DNA from: a virus | IMG/VR virus record: IMGVR_UViG_3300032223_003493 | Location: 1 to 64,000 of that record | Direction: 5' to 3' (one strand) | Length of the DNA stretch: 64,000 nucleotides | Shown: positions 59,101 through 64,000 of the stretch, one piece after another | Position numbering within the stretch: the stretch's first letter is position 1 | Layout: each line of letters begins with the position of its first letter | The notes under the pieces: generated by a model | What the model saw: only the letters and a program-made list of their open reading frames with translations | Told to the model about the DNA's origin: nothing | The model's database searches: none | Translations under genes and position numbers: made by a program

Positions 59101-60525
59101 AAGTCTGGATATACTTCAACATTTGTGAATCAGTTCAATGCAATAGGAATATTTACTGTAAGCTTAGTTGTATTTGACACACTAAAATTAGCTTCTACTC
59201 CTGCTACTAATTTAGGAAAAAGATATACTGTAAATGTCAATGTATCTGCTGCACCTAATCCTCTTGCAAATAAATTATTCTCATCAGGTCAAGCACTTAA
59301 TGGAGCGATAGCAAGTGGTAGTAATTCTCCAGACAGATATGGTTTTCAGTTAGTTGATGATACAAAACAATATACAATTATTGAAGCTGGTTTAAATCAT
59401 ACTTTTGTAGTTGATGCAGCAGGGGTACTGTATGCAGCAGGGTCAAATAGTAATGGACAGCTTGGTTTCTCATCTAACATTACTCAATTAAATTCCTTAA
59501 CTGCTGTACCTTTAGCATCCAAATATAAAGTAGTAAAAGTTTCTGCTGGCGATCTTTGCTCAGCTATAATTGCAGATGATACAACTTTGAATAAAAGAGT
59601 ACTATTGGTATGTGGTTCTAATATAAATGGAATTTTTGGACAAGCCTTACCAAGAACAAATATTTATAATTTCCAGCCAATTCTTGAAAGAGCAACAACA
59701 AATAATGGAGCAAGTTATCTTTCAAATAATAGTTTCTTAGATGTTTCTTGTAATTCTTATATCTTGGCATTCACTGACAATAGACAAGTTTGGGTTGCTG
59801 GAAAACATAATTACATCAACAAAACTGGAATAAGCGACACTGGTTTTTTCCCAATCAACATAGATCCAAATCCTGATCTATTATTAGGCAGCATAAATTA
59901 TCTCAATCCGTTTAGATTAGAAGTTGGTTTTAATAATCAATTAGGTTTTGTAACTGGACTTTCGTATGATATTGATAACCAAATAGTGTGGTTTGCAGGT
60001 CTTTCTAGCTTGAGAGGTTGGGGATATGCATACGATATTTCAACTTATGAAAATAGTATTGTAGTAATTACAGCATCACAAGACCCTTTCTTTGATCACG
60101 CAATTTATCTTTACTTCTTCTCTTATAATGAAATACCTCAATTTAATGTTAGTGCTGGTTTGGCAGCTGACTTAAACCCAGGAGAAAATTTCTTGAAAGT
60201 ATCTACAGGGAGATTTGGGTATTTAGCTTTGTCTGAAACTTTATTTTATCCTTACGGCATAAATGACTATGGACAGCTTGGATATGCTCAGTCTATAACG
60301 AGTTCTATTGCTTTGAATAATCAATATAGTTTACCAGGTGGAGTAGTTTTGCCCAATAAAAGTGTTACAGGTATATCTGATATTGCTGCTGGTGGAAATC
60401 ATTCGATAATTTTAGCATCTAATGTAAAGCCATCATCACAATCATTCACAATTACAAAACCTGGTGGATATGCTACAGATCCTCAGTTTCCTACTTCTTA
60501 CCCAATTACACAAATAGCTGGGTAA
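50131..60525 (+). CDS. Giant virion adhesin/fibre protein with 14 PKD domains and RCC1-like C-terminus
   Basis: 3464 aa. Repeated P-x-A...S-x-D-x-D-G...W-D-F-G-D-G...GTY.V.LTVTD units; C-terminal AGLNHT, GSNSNGQLG, GINDYGQLG, IAAGGNHS. Confidence 0.85.
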   Translation: MATYRLNDPRNISFIGKFKFDYVVQLVNKGQKGSKVWDDANYITGAFVQFQRGEEFNAQCIIANVQPDQPTNAGSSFFTHPYGGNGGFGGIVDPTTFKREIKFQFFIKSGQSVPLRGYFVLETPSPPTDADLRDMDDFGIATKYVRNVSGTVEGYVYENSPHNEFVDIQEYYPSENYFQISPVCPDNENEYWRDKPLDEKTVRQFPRYTTLNWFEMPDPTRKGTAGIVIRQSSGKGASNYRRDIVTNSALFTSYEYTKKLNAWSTAASNSGYIVIASNLSDDSYSKSISISSANCTTDTFSISSNSDYINYREAKIDLKTDASRKVTFNSEIYDWKNNHSDEITAYLVGFGSTGLTEIFDQGVGKIIYPVPSYSVVKTKSGVISDSQVFRYFDGYISLIGPGGESNSATLFFDNRQKWLFGMIDASLSKETFDDLESPPCHFDYPDYYVRSAVGCRNLNEYNQILTIDDEKLQGLTGSYSLIPIPIKGWKFNAMTLKQDKDFTIEGSGNVRNFTGTNAEPHYYGDTNLSGYRYLNIELRSKNNDLQNGNITIYETSKGPTTNQDNTNINLKSWKISTDSNNFKSLRIDLCNPDNKIDYVDNQDSPYPRLNVYTTSKPLSTAPFGYLSVENKPTDIFIETKQQLNVSSKFWIDDKLKSKISNSGFVYITDDKTKNIDYFEVNTKAFPGAGVGTNLIFVKPRTYNGKIKLAKPWNSNNAILPEYRKTLFLYIVKNDLTSGKSIDDLLGKNKQNEYPDEFEIYDMDPGYPDITDKLSVLTSDFVDGQTRIFVNPIPLFEQPTVIPYDAIILEDSVSKNKITYKFENYENNKNDGITFIDIKRNSSFDNNVKFKLGSTSVKLTFFNGTDDQKRTVVVKFKSVEKQGNLYKATLEYAKYDANSPQITDGIPLESPDGKKLYFSENAPVITVNPPRLVEFTFPVDSILQTSLVTNTPSGPEVNAIDDYPEDEVSNGPYYGVSRITKIEIDNDQLELGKINLTRNNSLSNFVISGLNNTFESQTKFDASSTTTTEYYTRRFWQQNTDGRDEEEGDLSWQHTKSENVDYWSAYPKTISSLCDDINKVDEYVAPRWLNVANPSSSVIRHPGWKANKITKAFSVDPITGERIYGNNLDPDYLNSDTGYAAWVFGGGVIAIPSGKNSGSGTSYIKAIDINFNDLRTILAQTVFHRINADFPPGKNDLFGNTSIINTDGTKEESTLHLRGALITRGPGYGLILPPQVSTTDNLREANLIDTTERNTNYGKGQSDSKGYFETGSAYGKNSHNNYIELEKSKNFTTPSDYRSSTRKMSQAKRERAAFKGGKQNVATNLSACESGFEKSIVIAYTVPTTKAGDENQTAIITTDSFFTSQYEKYPVGYNTITGSGVTIKGEFPFVLGSETHINHAYRVNTFLLTERNSNTKATSSHNYDSLIAANTDMRNKLSWFPFVEGQAKIDANFSTLAKAFTNTKYNSYTVSDQSPQLFNVGYADPGAIVFRSIPLNLANIKAPVTDKTIFIDGVAPTYTSDFRLLEPITSSGAACSSFPTVAQISSREYIVAYSLNATPRKINFKIIANYQVQDKNILIDLDALTGNTLSDKYNIYGLTSNYDENLGLHRSIFWCNGGIYYFEYALSSSNIGTKRTDKLHLVKGKLDDDLVKELSNRQNIITYYDSASVLNAEVPKQKPALITCQKQEYNGSVFVAYDTGKCYIEAVLFHPYSQILGTRKFDIECVNTSGSTSTTASPIADIQANPTSGQSALLVNFLSSNSYDPGGSTLTYAWNFGDGTQSSEENPVHTFVNTTANPITLTVSLVVTNASGVSSDPATITITVNPAPINNLSPQAKFNATPTAGTVPLIVTFTDQSTPANDGSVIQTYDWDFGDGNTALKLDNVSFTHEYTNAGTYVPTLIIKDNLGRVSSKFYGTPIKVDGTINNPPSPNFTWAQTSYSPTLKIQFTDTSVDVEGPLVAWHWDFGDTQTADVQNPEHIYANPGTYSVVLTVTDSGGLQASGTKQVTVSPPGNNPPIANFNYLQQNRKLVIDFADTSIDTDGTIVSWSWSFGDQTTSITKNPSHTYALAGTYQVILTVTDNGGKTGSITKNVVVNPLVNQPPVISNITGTQTSFKPLIGTFSETSSDPDGFITQWDWNFGDSQVFSTTNSALKNPTHTYNFPGSYTVTLTVTDDGLPDGTSKKTATSSIPFVVAPPPPNIPPVALFTVDTNNAFAPLTVNFTDNSTDADGKIVSWLWEFETGSTLFFNAQTYQKTVSHTFTKSGTYPVKLTVTDDGNLTNFYILNIVVRNNPPVSILSASPNPVLSLLPVSFFGNNSYDIDGNITKYSWDFGDGTTILQGTTAETHTYTKPGTYKASLTVIDNLGDSSTASLFINVSNRNPVAKITYTTLTVKAPGSLTFNGDTSTDLDGTIVSYNWTVSNGLTASTPNATFNFSTQGTFAVSLTVTDDSGGTNSTSVIVTVTPPDNILPVAILNVNKNSGVINDSFIFNVSNSNDPDGSIILYQLDFGDGTSTQFVNPAPISHIYKTVGSFTAKLTVTDNRNGVSLETTNSVQNITINNQPPIANFSFSPIGAFTFDLITFTDNSSDPENALSKWVWDYGDGTNFTTNDPLQKSPIKSYNKGNKDYTVSLTVYDNFNLSSTTSQLVHINNRKPFAVISTSSTPINNVITGIAPFTVIFDSNSYDLDGTVTNYEWYLNGLVGTPFTTKSFTYTFNTASFTPYVVTLRVQDDDGVWSDLANIGVQVNAPNTPPIAVIKANPLSNTSQAPITVNFSGAGSYDPDNINGTLIYAWDFGNGSISNQVNASTTYNNPGTYKVSLTVTDNLGATNTATLDYIVLNSKPIAILDTVPSGITQAQINTAVLFTSAGSNDPDSGQFINGYKWLVDGVNQNSNTSTLSTSFSTIGNHIVTLSVFDNLGLESNPVSKTIFVISAPPPPPVNQNPIAILGNEPSITGYIELKVGDTFTFDGTTSYDPEDGSNITFEWSIDGVKSGYTSTFVNQFNAIGIFTVSLVVFDTLKLASTPATNLGKRYTVNVNVSAAPNPLANKLFSSGQALNGAIASGSNSPDRYGFQLVDDTKQYTIIEAGLNHTFVVDAAGVLYAAGSNSNGQLGFSSNITQLNSLTAVPLASKYKVVKVSAGDLCSAIIADDTTLNKRVLLVCGSNINGIFGQALPRTNIYNFQPILERATTNNGASYLSNNSFLDVSCNSYILAFTDNRQVWVAGKHNYINKTGISDTGFFPINIDPNPDLLLGSINYLNPFRLEVGFNNQLGFVTGLSYDIDNQIVWFAGLSSLRGWGYAYDISTYENSIVVITASQDPFFDHAIYLYFFSYNEIPQFNVSAGLAADLNPGENFLKVSTGRFGYLALSETLFYPYGINDYGQLGYAQSITSSIALNNQYSLPGGVVLPNKSVTGISDIAAGGNHSIILASNVKPSSQSFTITKPGGYATDPQFPTSYPITQIAG
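55336..59250 (+). repeat. Tandem array of 14 PKD (Ig-like) domains
   Basis: 14 units counted by eye, joined by Pro/Asn linkers. Boundaries approximate. Confidence 0.85.
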
Positions 60526-60560
60526 AGGTATAAACGTCTTTTATTTTTTATAATATTATT

Positions 60561-63461
60561 ATGAACCTTTCCCCAGATCCAAGACAATTAAAAACAAAAG
60601 TCACTTTGAGTATTTTGAATGCTCCAGAAAGTGGTTTCTTTTCTGGAGAATATACTTCATCTACAGCTACAAAATCACAAGATAACTTAAATGTTTTAAA
60701 TTCTGATTTTGAGCCTTATTACACTTATGAAAATGGTGTAACCGAACCTAAATACAGCCAAAGATTAAAAGTTGTATCTTCTTTACAAAATGCAAGAATT
60801 CCTGAACTCAACACTGTAATAAGTGCTTCATCTTGTACTTTTGCTTTTGGTGCAATTGTTCCAGGAGAAGTTGATCCAGTTTTGAATAGACTAAAAGGAC
60901 CTACAATTGGTTATAATCCTAATTTTGTAGATAGTCCATTACAAGGAACTGTCAGCACATCAGATTTCAAATCATATCCTGAAGTGCCCAAAATTCCTTT
61001 CACCGATGTTGGAAATGTTTTAACAACTTATAATATTTGGCAAAAAAAGTCACTTGGTGTTTTTATCTCAGATGATGCATACAAATATATTGGCCCTGCA
61101 ATTAAAAATACTAACACTGGTACCTTGAGAACAGTCAAGGATCCAGTTTATGGAGCACAAGTAGAAGTTACATCTATTCAAGATATTACTCTTGTTGAAA
61201 GAATTTTTCCAACTTCTTTTGATGCTATATATCAAGAAGGTGCTCAAGTTCATAATCCAGATGGCACAAAACAAGATATATTTGCTCGTGGTACAAATGG
61301 TGGAAATAGTTTTCATTTAAATCTTTCATTCTCAAATATGCAAGAAAACTCATCAGCTTTTAGTCTCGGATTAACTTCACCTCGAGATGATAATTATATA
61401 AATAGTTTTCTTTTAGATTTAGAAATTGACAAGAAGCCAATTTTAAAAATATATGATCCAGAACTAAAACAATATATTGTTCAAACTGATATTATAGCTC
61501 CCGTTTTAGATAGGAATAACATGGGTTCTTATGACATATTTGTTCATTTTGTTGGTCCAAATATGATGATTGGTTTTAGCCCCGATATAACAAGATGGAA
61601 TACAATTATTAATTTAAGTGGTAGAGAAGTTTTCTTCTCGCCTAATACTCGTATAGCACTGTCAATCAAGAATTGTAATTTAAAATTTAGATATTCTGCG
61701 TTAATTTTTAATAATTTTAATTATTCTCAATTGCAAACATCTTTATCTGCTAAAAATTATATTACTGCAGAGATAAGGTATTCAAAAGAAAAAATTAAGG
61801 ATTTAGGAAATTTCTTATCAACAATTAACAAATCATTTGAAGATGCTTCATATAGATTAAATAATTCTCCTAAAAATACTGGCTTTAATGACACTGCAAC
61901 TTCAACTAATACTAAAAATCCTATAGATAAAAATATATCATATTTTGCAGATTTACGACTCATTGGCAATCAATTTGAACCAATAACCCAAATTTTTTCA
62001 CCAAAAAATAAAAGTGCTGATCCTGACAAAGTAACAGTTTACTTTAAGATGATTTACAACACTACCATCGAAGGCCCAGCATTTATGCAAGTAGAAGTGC
62101 CTCATCCTGGAGTTTTAGCAGCTGGCGGAGCAGCAGATCTAGGATCAGGAGGAGCTGATGATTATCAATTTTCAAATCCTTTGCTAAATAGCTTGTTTTA
62201 CGATGTTGGAGATATTACATCTTGGGTTGAGACTTGGAATATAAGTTGTCAAGCACAATTATCAAACCTTTCAAAAATAACAAAATCTGCATCAATAACT
62301 TTAAAAAATATTGATTCATTAGAAGGTCAAAAATTCATTAATGCAATCGAAAACAATTTACTAGTTGTGTCCATTGATGCTGGATATGTTACAGGAAGTC
62401 TTCCAACTTTTTTCCAAGGGTTTATTACAAATACAAGTTATTTCAGAAAAGGAAACGATAGTACTTTTACATTAGATTGCACAGATATAGCCTCGTTCGT
62501 TTTGGAAAATCTTTACTTTGATAAAAATATGATGTTAGCTGGAATGAGGCATGATCTAGCTATTGATTCTATTTTAGCTTGTTCTGGATTCTGGTCATAT
62601 TATTCGAGAAATAATTCTGATTTTCAAAATGGTGGATCTATTTATGGTATTGACTTAAGATTAAACAGTAATTCAACAAATAATCAGGATTTAATTAAAT
62701 TGAATCCTCTAGATAAGATTTACGAAAAACTTGGAAGGCTGCTTGAAAGGTTAAACAATCCATATTCTCTACCTACTTTTAGATGGGCAGAAAGATATGG
62801 TTTGAAGCTTGAATGTAGAAATAATTATGTTGATACTGATTTGAAATTTACAGGATTGACCTCTAATGGAAATGCATATAGCTTCAATAGTAATTCTTCA
62901 AATGCAAACTACTTGACAAATTTTCAAACTGATCTTCATGGATTGTTGGTTGATGATTATAGAATTACAACAAATGTTTCTAATCTTTCATCAGGAGTTA
63001 GAGTCTTTGGTGTTGCTATGACTGGTTTTTTAGCTGATGAAAGGTATTCTCCAGATTCCGTTTCAGTGGCTAATCTCCCATTGCAAAAACAAGTTGATCT
63101 TTTGAAATACTTGGCTAACGCACCTTTTGATTCTGCTCAAGCTCCTTATGTTGGATTCAAAAAATATTTAATGTGGTCAATGCAAAGAAACGAAATTCCA
63201 GATCAAGAAGTTTTGAAAAGAATTACTGACAGCGTAGAATTAGTTTCAAAAACACCGATTAGTTCTATTTCATTTCAATGTTATGTTACAAAACCTTTAA
63301 GTTTTCATGGAAAGTTCATTATCAACGTATTTCAAGGCAGCGTTGTAAATGCTACTGATCAATATATTTATCAATCTATTGATTACACATACAATAAAGC
63401 TAATAACTTGATAACAGCTTCTGTCAAAGGAACTAATATGCCAATTTCGTTAGGAGTATAA
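60561..63461 (+). CDS. Putative baseplate hub / tail-associated protein
   Basis: C-terminal half DITSWV...ASITLKN...IDAGY...FQGFIT...LDCTD resembles hub (gp27/gp44-like) proteins. Confidence 0.55.
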   Translation: MNLSPDPRQLKTKVTLSILNAPESGFFSGEYTSSTATKSQDNLNVLNSDFEPYYTYENGVTEPKYSQRLKVVSSLQNARIPELNTVISASSCTFAFGAIVPGEVDPVLNRLKGPTIGYNPNFVDSPLQGTVSTSDFKSYPEVPKIPFTDVGNVLTTYNIWQKKSLGVFISDDAYKYIGPAIKNTNTGTLRTVKDPVYGAQVEVTSIQDITLVERIFPTSFDAIYQEGAQVHNPDGTKQDIFARGTNGGNSFHLNLSFSNMQENSSAFSLGLTSPRDDNYINSFLLDLEIDKKPILKIYDPELKQYIVQTDIIAPVLDRNNMGSYDIFVHFVGPNMMIGFSPDITRWNTIINLSGREVFFSPNTRIALSIKNCNLKFRYSALIFNNFNYSQLQTSLSAKNYITAEIRYSKEKIKDLGNFLSTINKSFEDASYRLNNSPKNTGFNDTATSTNTKNPIDKNISYFADLRLIGNQFEPITQIFSPKNKSADPDKVTVYFKMIYNTTIEGPAFMQVEVPHPGVLAAGGAADLGSGGADDYQFSNPLLNSLFYDVGDITSWVETWNISCQAQLSNLSKITKSASITLKNIDSLEGQKFINAIENNLLVVSIDAGYVTGSLPTFFQGFITNTSYFRKGNDSTFTLDCTDIASFVLENLYFDKNMMLAGMRHDLAIDSILACSGFWSYYSRNNSDFQNGGSIYGIDLRLNSNSTNNQDLIKLNPLDKIYEKLGRLLERLNNPYSLPTFRWAERYGLKLECRNNYVDTDLKFTGLTSNGNAYSFNSNSSNANYLTNFQTDLHGLLVDDYRITTNVSNLSSGVRVFGVAMTGFLADERYSPDSVSVANLPLQKQVDLLKYLANAPFDSAQAPYVGFKKYLMWSMQRNEIPDQEVLKRITDSVELVSKTPISSISFQCYVTKPLSFHGKFIINVFQGSVVNATDQYIYQSIDYTYNKANNLITASVKGTNMPISLGV

Positions 63462-63462
63462 A

Positions 63463-63690
63463 ATGCCACTTTTCCAATCACTTTCATTTGTAATTAATGA
63501 TCAAATTAGACAAAACACTATTGATATGCAAAGTGGTTTGACCTTAAGATCAAATGTCACACAAACTTTACAAGTTATTAATGTTAATAAAAATAATATA
63601 ATACAAGAGCCAGATGTTTTGCGCTGGGGTTATGCAAACTGGGGTGTTGAAAAAGTAACATCAGAATATAAGCCACAAGAAATTAAATAA
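63463..63690 (+). CDS. Small hypothetical protein
   Basis: 75 aa with AGGAG SD, coupled to both neighbours. Confidence 0.65.
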   Translation: MPLFQSLSFVINDQIRQNTIDMQSGLTLRSNVTQTLQVINVNKNNIIQEPDVLRWGYANWGVEKVTSEYKPQEIK

Positions 63691-64000
63691 TGGGAAATAC
63701 ACCAATTTATGGGTTTGGATACATCGAGCCAAACCAAGATCTTTCAGAAAACATTGATTTAGATGAGCTTCGTTTTAAAGCTATCGAAAATCAAATGTAC
63801 AATCTTTATCAAATCTTCAAAAATGGAATTATTGAAGATGATCCATTAGTCCCATCATGGCGTATTCAAACTTACTCAAACGAATTTAAATTAACAAAAA
63901 TTACAATTACTTCTGGCAAGGGATTTGTTTCGTATAAAGCTGGAAAAACCACAGCTTCTAAAGATGTAACATTACCAACAATTCCTACAACAGTTGGCTT
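63690..64000 (+). CDS. Probable tail/baseplate protein, 3'-truncated (not in ORF track)
   Basis: TAATG overlap. Reads MGNTPIYGFGYIEPNQDLSENIDLDELRFKAIENQ... open to the window end; a TPxYG start is common in fibre/baseplate proteins. Confidence 0.7.
   Translation, partial: MGNTPIYGFGYIEPNQDLSENIDLDELRFKAIENQMYNLYQIFKNGIIEDDPLVPSWRIQTYSNEFKLTKITITSGKGFVSYKAGKTTASKDVTLPTIPTTVG

Noticed and set aside
1-64000. Stop-codon reassignment, tRNAs, introns or inteins
   Set aside because: Genes are full-length under code 11 and end in all three stops; intergenic gaps are short with no cloverleaf seen; no intein or homing endonuclease motifs recognised.

Overview
AT-rich, gene-dense segment of a large (probably jumbo) tailed dsDNA phage, read with standard code 11 (TAA, TAG and TGA all act as stops). 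It opens with the end of a probable capsid decoration gene and an HK97-type major capsid gene (380-1234) followed by a strong bidirectional terminator. Next is a ~23.5 kb, 27-gene island of nucleotide-sugar and glycan-tailoring enzymes (1294-24749): RfbH- and ColD-type 3-dehydratases, RmlB, RmlC, a heptose kinase, a NeuB-cupin fusion, three separate ThDP enzyme systems, a B12 radical SAM enzyme, three methyltransferases and about five candidate glycosyltransferases. No flippase, polymerase or lipid-carrier transferase is visible. A minus-strand neck/tail block follows (24732-41866: adaptor, Mu gp36-like connector, terminator-like gene, large beta-rich proteins, two tube-plus-chaperone-like pairs). 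A divergent plus-strand block (41944-64000) holds coiled-coil proteins, a 1548-aa Asn/Ile-rich repeat protein, a 3464-aa protein with 14 PKD domains plus RCC1-like repeats, and a hub-like protein. The best candidate for an undescribed system is a phage-encoded cytoplasmic pathway that makes branched or higher-carbon methylated sugars to decorate the virion or its DNA. All calls come from motif recognition only; no searches were run.
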